From Heterodontus francisci (Eukaryota), in NCBI RefSeq assembly GCF_036365525.1, contig NC_090378.1, positions 124,419,593-124,483,592 of the forward strand: DNA of 64,000 nucleotides. The letters run 5' to 3'. Under the pieces are notes generated by a model. It was not told where the DNA came from. It did not search any database and saw only the letters and a list, made by a program, of their open reading frames with translations. A program made the translations under genes and the position numbers. Positions 38,801-56,800 of the stretch are shown here, in pieces (position 1 is the first letter of the stretch; every line of letters begins with the position of its first letter).

Positions 38801-41800
38801 ACTTTCCACAGTTATATATAATATATAATAATGGACGCATAGTCCCACCTCCCACACTGACACGTTCCACAGTTATATATAATATATAATAATGGACACA
38901 CAGTCCCACCTCCCGCACTGACACATCCCACAGTTATATATAATATATAATATTGGACACACAGTCCCACCTCCTGCACTGACACATCCCACAGTTATAT
39001 ATAATATATAATAATGGACACACAGTCCCACCTCCCGCACTGACACATCCCACAGTTATATATAATATATAATAATGGACACACAGTCCCACCTCCTGGA
39101 CTGACACATCCCACAGTTATATATCATATATAATAATGGACACACAGTCCCACCTCCCGCACTGACACATCCCACAGTTATATATAATATATAATAATGG
39201 ACACACAGTCCCACCTCCTCGACTGACACTTTCCACAGTTATATATAATATATAATAATGGACGCATAGTCCCACCTCCCACACTGACACGTTCCACAGT
39301 TATATATAATATATAATAATGGACACACAGTCCCACCTCCTGCACTGACACATCCCACAATTATATATTATATATAATAATGGACTCACAGTCCCACCTC
39401 CTCTACTGACACAACCCACAGTTATACATAATATATAATATTGGACTCACAGTCCCACCTCCTCTACTGACACAACCCACAGTTATATATAATATATAAT
39501 AATGGACACACAGTCCCACCTCCCGCACTGACACATCCCACAATTATATATTATATATAATAATGGACTCACAGTCCCACCTCCTCTACTGACACAACCC
39601 ACAGTTATATATAATATATAATATTGGACACACAGACCCACCTCCTGCACTGACATATCCCACAGTTATATATAATATATAATTATGGACACACAGTCCC
39701 ACCTCCTATACTGAGATATCCCACAGTTATATATAATATATAATAATGGATACACAGTCCCACCTCCTGTACTGACACATCTCTCAGTTATATATCATAT
39801 ATAATAATGGACACACAGTCCTACCTTCTGTACTGACACATCTCACAGTTATATATCATATACAATAATAGACACACAGTCCCACCTCCTGTACTGACAC
39901 ATCCCACAGTTATATATAATATATAATAATGGACACACAGTCCCACCTTCTGTACTGACACATCTCACAGTTATATAACATATACAATAATAGACACACA
40001 GTCCCACCTCCTGTACTGACACATCCCACAGTTATATATAATATATAATAATGGACACACAGTCCCACCTCCTGTACTGACACATCCCACAGTTATATAT
40101 AATATATAATAATGGACACACAGTCCCACCTTCTGTACTGACACATCTCACAGTTATATATAATCTACAATAATGGACACACAGTCCCACCTCCTGTACT
40201 GACATATCCCACAATTATATATAATATATAATAATAGACACACAGTCCCACCTCCTGTACTGACACGTCCCACAGTTATATATAATATGTAATAATAAAC
40301 ACACATTCCCACCTCCTGTACTGACACAACCGACAGTTATATATATTATATAATAATGGACACACAGTCCCACCTCCTCGACTGACACGTTCCACAGTTA
40401 TATTTGATATATAATAATGGACACATGGTTCCACCTCCTGCACTGACACGTTCCACAGCTTTATATATAAAATATAATAATGGACAACAGTTCCACCTCC
40501 TGCACTGACACATCCCACAATTATATATTATATGTAATAATGGACTCACAGTCCCACCTCCTCTACTGACACAACCCACAGTTATATATAATATATAATA
40601 ATGGACACACAGTCCCACCTCCCGCACTGACACATCCCACAGTTATATATAATATATAATAATGGACACACAGTCCCACCTCCCGCACTGACACATCCCA
40701 CAGTTATATATAATATATAATATTGGACACACAGTCCCACCTCCCGCACTGACACATCCCACAGTTATATATAATATATAATATTGGACACACAGTCCCA
40801 CCTCCTCTACTGACACAACCCACAGTTATACATAATATATAATATTGGACACACAGTCCCACCTCCTGCACTGACACATCCCACAATTATATATTATATA
40901 TAATAATGGACTCACAGTCCCACCTCCTCTACTGACACAACCCACAGTTATACATAATATATAATATTGGACACACAGTCCCACCTCCTGCACTGACACA
41001 TCCCACAATTATATATTATATATAATAATGGACTCACAGTCCCACCTCCTCTACTGACACAACCCACAGTTATACATAATATATAATATTGGACACACAG
41101 TCCCACCTCCCGCACTGACACATCCCACAGTTATACATGATATATAATATTGGATACACAGTCCCACCTCCTGCACTGACACATCCCACAATTATATATT
41201 ATATATAATAATGGACTCACAGTCCCACCTCCTCTACTGACACAACCCACAGTTATATATAATATATAATAATGGACACACAGTCCCACCTCCCGCACTG
41301 ACACATCCCACAATTATATATTATATATAATAATGGACTCACAGTCCCACCTCCTCTACTGACACAACCCACAGTTATATATAATATATAATATTGGACA
41401 CACAGTCCCACCTCCCGCACTGACACATCCCACAGTTATATATAATATATAATATTGGACACACAGTCCCACCTCCTGCACTGACACATCCCACAATTAT
41501 ATATTATATATAATAATGGACTCACAGTCCCACCTCCCGCACTGACACATCCCACAGTTATATATAATAGATAATAATGGACACACAGTCCCACCTCCTG
41601 CTCTGACACATCCCACATTTATATATAATATATAATAATGGACACACAGTCCCACCTCCCGCACTGACACATCCCACAGTTATATATAATATATAATAAT
41701 CGACACACAGTCCCACCTCCTGTACTGACACATCCCACAGTTCTATATAATATATTATAATCGACACACAGTCCCACCTCCCGCACTGACACATCCCACA

Positions 41801-44800
41801 GTTATATATAATATATAATAATGGACACACAGTCCCACCTCCTGTCCTGACACATCCCTCAGTTATATATAATATATAATAATGGACACACAGTCCCACC
41901 TCCTGCACTGACACATCCCACAGTTATATATAATATATAATAATGGACACACAGTCCCACCCCCTGTACTGACACATCCCACTGTTATCTAGAATATATA
42001 ATAATGGGCTCACAGTCCCACGTCCTGTACTGACACATCCCACAGTTATATATAATATATAATAATGGACACACAGTCCCACCTCCTGCACTGACACATC
42101 CCACATTTATATATAATATATAATAATGGACACACAGTCCCACCTCCTGTACTGACACATTCAACAGTTATATATAATATATAATAATGGACACACAGTC
42201 CCACCTCCTGTACTGACACATCCCACAGTTATATCTAATATATAATAATGGACACACAGTCCCACCTCCTGGACTGACACGTCCCACAGTTATATATAAG
42301 ACATAATATTGGACACACAGTCCCACCTCCTGTACTGACACCTCCGACAGTTATATATAATATATAATATTGGACACACAGCCCCACCTCCTGTCCTGAC
42401 AGATCCCACAGTTACCTAGAATATATAATAATGGGCTCACAGTCCCAAGTCCTGTACTGACACATCCCACAGTTATATATAATATATGTTCATGGACACA
42501 CAGTCCCACCTCCCGCACTGACACATCCCACAGTTATGTATAAGACATAATATTGGACACACAGTCCCACCTCCTGTACTGACACATCCGACAGTTATCT
42601 AGAATATATAATAATGGACACACAGTCCCACCTCCCGCACTGACACATCCGACAGTTATATATAATATATAATAATGGACACACAGTCCCACCTCCTGCA
42701 CTGACACATCCCACATTTATATATGATATATAATAATGGACACACAGTCCCACCTCCCGCACTGACGCATCCCACAGTTATATATAATATATAATATTGG
42801 ACGCACAGTCCCACCTCCTCGACTGACACGTTCGACAGTTATATATAATATATAATAATGGACACACAGTCCCACCTCCTGTACTGACACATCCCACAGT
42901 TATATATAATATATAATAATGGACACACGGTCCCACCTCCCGCACTGACACATCCCACAATTATATATAATATATAATAATGGACACACAGTCCCACCTC
43001 CTCGACTGACACTTTCCACAGTTATATATAATATATAATAATGGACGCATAGTCCCACCTCCCACACTGACACGTTCCACAGTTATATATTATATATAAT
43101 AATGGACTCACAGTCCCACCTCCTCTACTGACACAACCCACAGTTATACATAATATATAATATTGGACACACAGTCCCACCTCCTGCACTGACACATCCC
43201 ACAGTTATACATAATATATAATATTGGATACACAGTCCCACCTCCCGCACTGACACATCCCACAATTATATATTATATATAATAATGGACTCACAGTCCC
43301 ACCTCCTCTACTGACACAACCCACAGTTATATATAATATATAATATTGGACACACAGTCCTACCTCCCGCACTGACACATCCCACAGTTATATATAATAT
43401 ATAATATTGGACACACAGTCCCACCTCCTGCACTGACACATCCCACAATTATATATTATATATAATAATGGACTCACAGTCCCACCTCCTCTACTGACAC
43501 AACCCACAGTTATATATAATATATAATAATGGACACACAGTCCCACCTCCCGCACTGACACATCCCACAGTTATATATAATATATAATAATGGACACACA
43601 GTCCCACCTCCCGCACTGACACATCCCACAGTTATATATAATAGATAAGAATGGACACACAGTCCCACCTCCTGCACTGACACATCCCACATTTATATAT
43701 TATATATAATAATGGACACAAAATCCCACCTCCCGCTCTGACACATCCCACAGTTATATATAATATATAATAATGGACACACAGTCCCACCTCCTGCACA
43801 GACACATCCCACAGTTATATATAATAATAATAATGGACACACAGTCGCACCTCCTGTACTGACACATCCCTCAGTTATATATAATATATAATAATGGACA
43901 CACAGTCCCACCTCCTGTACTGACACATCCCACAGTTGTATATAATATATTATAATCGACACACAGTCCCACCTCCCGCACTGACACATCCCACAGTTAT
44001 ATATAATATATAATAATGGACACACAGTCCCACCTCCTGTCCTGACACATCCCTCAGTTATATATAATATATAATAATGGACACACAGTCCCACCTCCTG
44101 CACTGACACATCCCACAGTTATATATAATATATAATAATGGACACACAGTCCCACCCCCTGTACTGACACATCCCACTGTTATCTAGAATATATAATAAT
44201 GGGCTCACAGTCCCACGTCCTGTACTGACACATCCCACAGTTATATATAATATATGTTCATGGACACACAGTCCCACCTCCCGCACTGACACATCCCACA
44301 GTTATATATAATATATAATAATGGACACACAGTCCCACCTCCTGCACTGACACATCCCACATTTATATATAATATATAATAATGGACACACAGTCCCACC
44401 TCCTGTACTGACACATCCCACAGTTATATTTAATATATAATAATGGACACACAGTCCCACCTCCTGTACTGACACATCCCACAGTTATATCTAATATATA
44501 ATAATGGACACACAGTCCCACCTCCTGGACTGACACGTCCCACAGTGATATATAAGACATAATATTGGACACACAGTCCCACCTCCTGTACTGACACATC
44601 CGACAGTTATATATAATATATAATATTGGGCACACAGCACCACCTCCTGTCCTGACAGATCCCACTGTTATCTAGAATATATAATAATGGGCTCACAGTC
44701 CCACGTCCTGTACTGACACATCCCACAGTTATATATAAGACATAATATTGGACACACAGTCCCACCTCCTGTACTGACACATCCGACAGTTATCTAGAAT

Positions 44801-47800
44801 ATATAATAATGGACACACAGTCCCACCTCCTGCACTGACACATCCGACAGTTATATATAATATATAATAATGGACACACAGTCCCACCTCCCGCACTGAC
44901 ACATCCCACAGTTATATATAATATATAATAATGGACGCACAGTCCCACCTCCTCGACTGACACGTTCCACAGTTATATATAATATATAATAATGGACACA
45001 CAGTCCCACCTCCTGTACTGACACATCCCACAGTTATATATAACATATAATAATGGACACACAGTCCCACCTCCCGCACTGACACATCCCACAGTTATAT
45101 ATAATATATAATAATGGACACACAGTCCCACCTCCTCGACTGACACTTTCCACAGTTATATATAATATATAATAAGGGACGCACAGTCCCACCTCCTCGA
45201 CTGACACCTTCCACAGTTATATATAATATATAATAATGGAGACACAGTCCCACCTCCTTGATTTACACGTTCCACAGTTATATATAATATATAGTAATGG
45301 ACACACAGTCCCACCTCCTGCACTGACACATCCCACAGTTATATATAATATATAATAATGGACGCACCGTGCCACCTCCTCGACTGACACGTTCCACAGT
45401 TATATATAATATATAATAATGGACAGACAGTCCCACCTCCCGCACTGACACATCCCACAGTTACATATAATATATAATAATGGACGCACAGTACCACCTC
45501 CTCGACTGACACGTTCCACAGTTATATATAATATATAATAATGGACACACAGTCCCACCTCCCGCACTGACACATCCCACAGTTATATATAATATATAAT
45601 AATGGACGCACAGTCCCACCTCCTCGACTGACACGTTCCACAGTTATATATAATATATAATATTGGAAACACAGTCCCACCTCCCATTATGACACATCCG
45701 ACAGTTATATATAATATATAATATTGGACACACAGCCCCACCTCCTGTCCTGACAGATCCCACTGTTATCTAGAATATATAATAATGGGCTCACAGTCCC
45801 AAGTCCTGTACTGACACATCCCACAGTTATATATAATATATGTTCATGGACACACAGTCCCACCTCCCGCACTGACACATCCCACAGTTATATATAAGAC
45901 ATAATATTGGACACACAGTCCCACCTCCTGTACTGACACATCCGACAGTTATCTAGAATATATAATAATGGACACACAGTCCCACCTCCCGCACTGACAC
46001 ATCCGACAGTTATATATAATATATAATAATGGACACACAGTCCCACCTCCTGCACTGACACATCCCACAGTTATATATAATATATAATAATGGACACACA
46101 GTCCCACCTCCTGTACTGACACATCCCACATTTATATATGATATATAATAATGGACACACAGTCCCACCTCCTGTACTGACACATCCGACAGTTATCTAG
46201 AATATATAATAATGGACACACAGTCCCACCTCCCGCACTGACACATCCGACAGTTATATATAATATATAATAATGGACACACAGTCCCACCTCCTGCACT
46301 GACACATCCCACAGTTATATATAATATATAATAATGGACACACAGTCCCACCTCCTGTACTGACACATCCCACATTTATATATGATATATAATAATGGAC
46401 ACACAGTCCCACCTCCCGCACTGACACATCCCACAGTTATATATAATATATAATATTGGACGCACAGTCCCACCTCCTCGACTGACATGTTCGACAGTTA
46501 TATATAATATATAATAATGGACACACAGTCCCACCTCCTGGACTGACACATCCCACAGTTATATATAATATATAATAATGGACACACAGTCCCACCTCCC
46601 GCACTGACACATCCCACAGTTATATATAATATATAATAATGGACACACAGTCCCACCTCCTCGACTGACACTTTCCACAGTTATATATAATATATAATAA
46701 TGGACGCATAGTCCCACCTCCCACACTGACACGTTCCACAGTTATATATAACATATAATAATGGACACACAGTCCCACCTCCCGCACTGACACATCCCAC
46801 AGTTATATATAATATATAATATTGGACACACAGTCCCACCTCCTGCACTGACACATCCCACAATTATATATTATATATAATAATGGACTCACAGTCCCAC
46901 CTCCTCGACTGACACAACCCACAGTTATACATAATATATAATATTGGACACACAGTCCCACCTCCTGCACTGACACATCCCACAGTTATACATAATATAT
47001 AATATTGGATACACAGTCCCACCTCCCGCACTGACACATCCCACAATTATATATTATATATAATAATGGACTCACAGTCCCACCTCCTCTACTGACACAA
47101 CCCACAGTTATATATAATATATAATAATGGACACACAGTCCCACCTCCCGCACTGACACATCCCACAATTATATATTATATATAATAATGGACTCACAGT
47201 CCCACCTCCTCTACTGACACAACCCACAGTTATATATAATATATAATATTGGACACACAGTCCTACCTCCCGCACTGACACATCCCACAGTTATATATAA
47301 TATATAATATTGGACACACAGTCCCACCTCCTGCACTGACACATCCCACAATTATATATTATATATAATAATGGACTCACAGTCCCACCTCCTCTACTGA
47401 CACAACCCACAGTTATATATAATATAAAATAATGGATACACAGTCCCACCTCCCGCACTGACACATCCCACAGTTATATATAATAGATAATAATGGACAC
47501 ACAGTCCCACCTCCTGCACTGACACATCCCACATTTATATATTATATATAATAATGGACACAAAATCCCACCTCCCGCTCTGACACATCCCACAGTTATA
47601 TATAATATATAATAATCGACATACAGTCCCACCTACTGCACTGACATATCCCACAGTTATATATAATAATAATAATGGACACACAGTCGCACCTCCTGTA
47701 CTGACACATCCCACAGTTGTATATAATATATTATAATCGACACACAGTCCCACCTCCTGTCCTGACACATCCCTCAGTTATATATAATATATAATAATGG

Positions 47801-50800
47801 ACACACAGTCCCACCTCCTGCACTGACACATCCCACAGTTATATATAATATATAATAATGGACACACAGTCCCACCCCCTGTACTGACACATCCCACTGT
47901 TATCTAGAATATATAATAATGGGCTCACAGTCCCACGTCCTGTACTGACACATCCCACAGTTATATATAATATATGTTCATGGACACACAGTCCCACCTC
48001 CCGCACTGACACATCCCACAGTTATATATAATATATAATAATGGGCACACAGTCCCACCTCCTGTACTGACACATCCCACAGTTAAATTTAATATATAAT
48101 AATGGACACACAGTCCCACCTCCTGTACTGACACATCCCACAGTTATATCTAATATATAATAATGGACACACAGTCCCACCTCCTGGACTGACACGTCCC
48201 ACAGTTATATATAAGACATAATATTGGACACACAGTCCCACCTCCTGTACTGACACATCCCACAGTTATATATAATATATAATAATGGACACACAGCCCC
48301 ACCTCCCGCACTGACACATCCCACAGTTATATATAATATATAATAATGGACACACAGTCCCACCTCCTCGACTGACACTTTCCACAGTTATATATAATAT
48401 ATAATAATGGACGCATAGTCCCACCTCCCACACTGACACGTTCCACAGTTATATATAAGACATAATATTGGACACACAGTCCCACCTCCTGTACTGACAC
48501 ATCCCACAGTTATATATAATATATAATAATGGACACACAGTCCCACCTCCCGCACTGACACATCCCACAGTTATATATAATATATAATAATGGACACACA
48601 GTCCCACCTCCTCGACTGACACTTTCCACAGTTATATATAATATATAATAATGGACGCATAGTCCCACCTCCCACACTGACTCGTTCCACAGTTATATAT
48701 AATATATAATAATGGACACACAGTCCCACCTCCCGCACTGACACATCCCACAGTTATATATAATATATAATATTGGACACACAGTCCCACCTCCTGCACT
48801 GACACATCCCACAATTATATATTATATATAATAATGGACTCACAGTCCCACCTCCTCTACTGACACAACCCACAGTTATATATAATATATAATAATGGAC
48901 ACACAGTCCCACCTCCCGCACTGACACATCCCACAGTTATATATAATATATAATAATTGACACACAGTCCCACCTCCCGCACTGACACATCCCACAGTTA
49001 TATATAATAGATAATAATGGACACACAGTCCCACCTCCTGCACTGACACATCCCACATTTATATATTATATATAATAATGGACACAAAATCCCACCTCCC
49101 GCTCTGACACATCCCACAGTTATATATAATATCTAATAATCGACAGACAGTCCCACCTCCTGTCCTGACACATCCCTCAGTTATATATAATATATAATAA
49201 TGGACACACAGTCCCACCTCCTGCACTGACACATCCCACAGTTATATATAATATATAATAATGGACACACAGTCCCACCCCCTGTACTGACACATCCCAC
49301 TGTTATCTAGAATATATAATAATGGGCTCACAGTCCCACGTCCTGTACTGACACATCCCACAGTTATATATAATATATGTTCATGGACACACAGTCCCAC
49401 CTCCCGCACTGACACATCCCACAGTTATATATAATATATAATAATGGACACACAGTCCCACCTCCTGCACTGACACATCCCACATTTATATATAATATAT
49501 AATAATGGACACACAGTCCCACCTCCTGTACTGACACATCCCACAGTTATATTTAATATATAATAATGGACACACAGTCCCACCTCCTGTACTGACACAT
49601 CCCACAGTTATATCTAATATATAATAATGGACACACAGTCCCACCTCCTGGACTGACACGTCCCACAGTTATATATAAGACATAATATTGGACACACAGT
49701 CCCACCTCCTGTACTGACACATCCGACAGTTATATATAATATATAATATTGGACAGACAGCCCCACCTCCTGTCCTGACAGATCCCACTGTTATCTAGAA
49801 TATATAATAATGGGCTCACAGTCCCACGTCCTGTACTGACACATCCCACAGTTATATATAATATATGTTCATGGACACACAGTCCCACCTCCCGCACTGA
49901 CACATCCCACAGTTATATATAAGACATAATATTGGACACACGGTCCCACCTCCTGTACTGACACATCCGACAGTTATCTAGAATATATAATCATGGACAC
50001 ACAGTCCCACCTCCCGCACTGACACATCCGACAGTTATATATAATATATAATAATGGACACACAGTCCCACCTCCTGCACTGACACATCCCACATTTATA
50101 TATGATATATAATAATGGACACACAGTCCCACCTCCCGAACTGACACATCCCACAGTTATATATAATATATAATAATGGACGCACAGTCCCACCTCCTCG
50201 ACTGACACGTTCCACAGTTATATATAATATATAATAATGGACACACAGTCCCACCTCCTGTACTGACACATCCCACAGTTATATATAATATATAATAATG
50301 GACACACAGTCCCACCTCCCGCACTGACACATCCCACAGTTATATATAATATATAATAATGGACACACAGTCCCACCTCCTCGACTGACACTTTCCACAG
50401 TTATATATAATATATAATAAGGGACGCACAGTCCCACCTCCTCGACTGACACGTTCCACAGTTATATATAATATATAATAATGGACACACAGCCCCACCT
50501 CCTGTCCTGACAGATCCCACTGTTATCTAGAATATATAATAATGGGCTCACAGTCCCAAGTCCTGTACTGACACATCCCACAGTTATATATAATATATGT
50601 TCATGGACACACAGTCCCACCTCCCGCACTGACACATCCCACAGTTATATATAAGACATAATATTGGACACACAGTCCCACCTCCTGTACTGACACATCC
50701 GACAGTTATCTAGAATATATAATAATGGACACACAGTCCCACCTCCCGCACTGACACATCCGACAGTTATATATAATATATAATAATGGACACACAGTCC

Positions 50801-53800
50801 CACCTCCTGCACTGACACATCCCACAGTTATATATAATATATAATAATGGACACACAGTCCCACCTCCTGTACTGACACATCCCACATTTATATATGATA
50901 TATAATAATGGACACACAGTCCCACCTCCTGTACTGACACATCCGACAGTTATCTAGAATATATAATAATGGACACACAGTCCCACCTCCCGCACTGACA
51001 CATCCGACAGTTATATATAATATATAATAATGGACACACAGTCCCACCTCCTGCACTGACACATCCCACAGTTATATATAATATATAATAATGGACACAC
51101 AGTCCCACCTCCTGTACTGACACATCCCACATTTATATATGATATATAATAATGGACACACAGTCCCACCTCCCGCACTGACACATCCCACAGTTATATA
51201 TAATATATAATATTGGACGCACAGTCCCACCTCCTCGACTGACATGTTCGACAGTTATATATAATATATAATAATGGACACACAGTCCCACCTCCTGGAC
51301 TGACACATCCCACAGTTATATATAATATATAATAATGGACACACAGTCCCACCTCCCGCACTGACACATCCCACAGTTATATATAATATATAATAATGGA
51401 CACACAGTCCCACCTCCTCGACTGACACTTTCCACAGTTATATATAATATATAATAATGGACGCATAGTCCCACCTCCCACACTGACACGTTCCACAGTT
51501 ATATATAACATATAATAATGGACACACAGTCCCACCTCCCGCACTGACACATCCCACAGTTATATATAATATATAATATTGGACACACAGTCCCACCTCC
51601 TGCACTGACACATCCCACAATTATATATTATATATAATAATGGACTCACAGTCCCACCTCCTCGACTGACACAACCCACAGTTATACATAATATATAATA
51701 TTGGACACACAGTCCCACCTCCTGCACTGACACATCCCACAGTTATACATAATATATAATATTGGATACACAGTCCCACCTCCCGCACTGACACATCCCA
51801 CAATTATATATTATATATAATAATGGACTCACAGTCCCACCTCCTCTACTGACACAACCCACAGTTATATATAATATATAATAATGGACACACAGTCCCA
51901 CCTCCCGCACTGACACATCCCACAATTATATATTATATATAATAATGGACTCACAGTCCCACCTCCTCTACTGACACAACCCACAGTTATATATAATATA
52001 TAATATTGGACACACAGTCCTACCTCCCGCACTGACACATCCCACAGTTATATATAATATATAATATTGGACACACAGTCCCACCTCCTGCACTGACACA
52101 TCCCACAATTATATATTATATATAATAATGGACTCACAGTCCCACCTCCTCTACTGACACAACCCACAGTTATATATAATATAAAATAATGGATACACAG
52201 TCCCACCTCCCGCACTGACACATCCCACAGTTATATATAATAGATAATAATGGACACACAGTCCCACCTCCTGCACTGACACATCCCACATTTATATATT
52301 ATATATAATAATGGACACAAAATCCCACCTCCCGCTCTGACACATCCCACAGTTATATATAATATATAATAATCGACATACAGTCCCACCTACTGCACTG
52401 ACATATCCCACAGTTATATATAATAATAATAATGGACACACAGTCGCACCTCCTGTACTGACACATCCCACAGTTGTATATAATATATTATAATCGACAC
52501 ACAGTCCCACCTCCTGTCCTGACACATCCCTCAGTTATATATAATATATAATAATGGACACACAGTCCCACCTCCTGCACTGACACATCCCACAGTTATA
52601 TATAATATATAATAATGGACACACAGTCCCACCCCCTGTACTGACACATCCCACTGTTATCTAGAATATATAATAATGGGCTCACAGTCCCACGTCCTGT
52701 ACTGACACATCCCACAGTTATATATAATATATGTTCATGGACACACAGTCCCACCTCCCGCACTGACACATCCCACAGTTATATATAATATATAATAATG
52801 GGCACACAGTCCCACCTCCTGTACTGACACATCCCACAGTTAAATTTAATATATAATAATGGACACACAGTCCCACCTCCTGTACTGACACATCCCACAG
52901 TTATATCTAATATATAATAATGGACACACAGTCCCACCTCCTGGACTGACACGTCCCACAGTTATATATAAGACATAATATTGGACACACAGTCCCACCT
53001 CCTGTACTGACACATCCCACAGTTATATATAATATATAATAATGGACACACAGTCCCACCTCCCGCACTGACACATCCCACAGTTATATATAATATATAA
53101 TAATGGACACACAGTCCCACCTCCTCGACTGACACTTTCCACAGTTATATATAATATATAATAATGGACGCATAGTCCCACCTCCCACACTGACACGTTC
53201 CACAGTTATATATAAGACATAATATTGGACACACAGTCCCACCTCCTGTACTGACACATCCCACAGTTATATATAATATATAATAATGGACACACAGTCC
53301 CACCTCCCGCACTGACACATCCCACAGTTATATATAATATATAATAATGGACACACAGTCCCACCTCCTCGACTGACACTTTCCACAGTTATATATAATA
53401 TATAATAATGGACGCATAGTCCCACCTCCCACACTGACTCGTTCCACAGTTATATATAATATATAATAATGGACACACAGTCCCACCTCCCGCACTGACA
53501 CATCCCACAGTTATATATAATATATAATATTGGACACACAGTCCCACCTCCTGCACTGACACATCCCACAATTATATATTATATATAATAATGGACTCAC
53601 AGTCCCACCTCCTCTACTGACACAACCCACAGTTATATATAATATATAATAATGGACACACAGTCCCACCTCCCGCACTGACACATCCCACAGTTATATA
53701 TAATATATAATAATTGACACACAGTCCCACCTCCCGCACTGACACATCCCACAGTTATATATAATAGATAATAATGGACACACAGTCCCACCTCCTGCAC

Positions 53801-56800
53801 TGACACATCCCACATTTATATATTATATATAATAATGGACACAAAATCCCACCTCCCGCACTGACACATCCCACAGTTATATATAATATATAATAATCGA
53901 CAGACAGTCCCACCTCCTGTCCTGACACATCCCTCAGTTATATATAATATATAATAATGGACACACAGTCCCACCTCCTGCACTGACACATCCCACAGTT
54001 ATATATAATATATAATAATGGACACACAGTCCCACCCCCTGTACTGACACATCCCACTGTTATCTAGAATATATAATAATGGGCTCACAGTCCCACGTCC
54101 TGTACTGACACATCCCACAGTTATATATAATATATGTTCATGGACACACAGTCCCACCTCCCGCACTGACACATCCCACAGTTATATATAATATATAATA
54201 ATGGACACACAGTCCCACCTCCTGCACTGACACATCCCACATTTATATATAATATATAATAATGGACACACAGTCCCACCTCCTGTACTGACACATCCCA
54301 CAGTTATATTTAATATATAATAATGGACACACAGTCCCACCTCCTGTACTGACACATCCCACAGTTATATCTAATATATAATAATGGACACACAGTCCCA
54401 CCTCCTGGACTGACACGTCCCACAGTTATATATAAGACATAATATTGGACACACAGTCCCACCTCCTGTACTGACACATCCGACAGTTATATATAATATA
54501 TAATATTGGACAGACAGCCCCACCTCCTGTCCTGACAGATCCCACTGTTATCTAGAATATATAATAATGGGCTCACAGTCCCACGTCCTGTACTGACACA
54601 TCCCACAGTTATATATAATATATGTTCATGGACACACAGTCCCACCTCCCGCACTGACACATCCCACAGTTATATATAAGACATAATATTGGACACACGG
54701 TCCCACCTCCTGTACTGACACATCCGACAGTTATCTAGAATATATAATCATGGACACACAGTCCCACCTCCCGCACTGACACATCCGACAGTTATATATA
54801 ATATATAATAATGGACACACAGTCCCACCTCCTGCACTGACACATCCCACATTTATATATGATATATAATAATGGACACACAGTCCCACCTCCCGAACTG
54901 ACACATCCCACAGTTATATATAATATATAATAATGGACGCACAGTCCCACCTCCTCGACTGACACGTTCCACAGTTATATATAATATATAATAATGGACA
55001 CACAGTCCCACCTCCTGTACTGACACATCCCACAGTTATATATAATATATAATAATGGACACACAGTCCCACCTCCCGCACTGACACATCCCACAGTTAT
55101 ATATAATATATAATAATGGACACACAGTCCCACCTCCTCGACTGACACTTTCCACAGTTATATATAATATATAATAAGGGACGCACAGTCCCACCTCCTC
55201 GACTGACACGTTCCACAGTTATATATAATATATAATAATGGACGCACAGTCCCACCTCCTCGACTGACACATTCCACAGTTATATATAATATATAATAAT
55301 GGACGCATAGTCCCACCTCCCACACTGACACGTTCCACAGTTATATATAATATATAATAATGGACACACAGTCCCACCTCCCGCACTGACACATCCCACA
55401 GTTATATATAATATATAATATTGGACACACAGTCCCACCTCCTGCACTGACACATCCCACAATTATATATTATATATAATAATGGACTCACAGTCCCACC
55501 TCCTCTACTGACACAACCCACAGTTATACATAATATATAATATTGGACACACAGTCCCACCTCCTGCACTGACACATCCCACAATTATATATTATATATA
55601 ATAATGGACTCACAGTCCCACCTCCTGCACTGACACATCCCACAGTTATACATAATATATAATATTGGATACACAGTCCCACCTCCCGCACTGACACATC
55701 CCACAATTATATATTATATATAATAATGGACTCACAGTCCCACCTCCTCTACTGACACAACCCACAGTTATATATAATATATAATAATGGACACACAGTC
55801 CCACCTCCCGCACTGACACATCCCACAATTATATATTATATATAATAATGGACTCACAGTCCCACCTCCTCTACTGACACAACCCACAGTTATATATAAT
55901 ATATAATAATGGATACACAGTCCCACCTCCCGCACTGACACATCCCACAGTTATATATAATAGATAATAATGGACACACAGTCCCACCTCCTGCACTGAA
56001 AAATCCCACATTTATATATTATATATAATAATGGACACAAAATCCCACCTCCCGCTCTGACACATCCCACAGTTATATATAATATATAATAATCGACATA
56101 CAGTCCCACCTCCTGCACTGACATATCCCACAGTTATATATAATAATAATAATGGACACACAGTCGCACCTCCTGTACTGACACATCCCACAGTTGTATA
56201 TAATATATTATAATCGACACACAGTCCCACCTCCCGCACTGACCCATCCCACAGTTATATATAATATATAATAATGGACACACAGTCCCACCTCCTGTCC
56301 TGACACATCCCTCAGTTATATATAATATATAATAATGGACACACAGTCCCACCTCCTGCACTGACACATCCCACAGTTATATATAATATATAATAATGGA
56401 CACACAGTCCCACCCCCTGTACTGACACATCCCACTGTTATCTAGAATATATAATAATGGGCTCACAGTCCCACGTCCTGTACTGACACATCCCACAGTT
56501 ATATATAATATATGTTCATGGACACACAGTCCCACCTCCCGCACTGACACATCCCACAGTTATATATAATATATAATAATGGACACACAGTCCCACCTCC
56601 TGCACTGACACATCCCACATTTATATATAATATATAATAATGGACACACAGTCCCACCTCCTGTACTGACACATCCCACAGTTATATTTAATATATAATA
56701 ATGGACACACAGTCCCACCTCCTGTACTGACACATTCCACAGTTATATCTAATATATAATAATGGACACACAGTCCCACCTCCTGGACTGACACGTCCCA

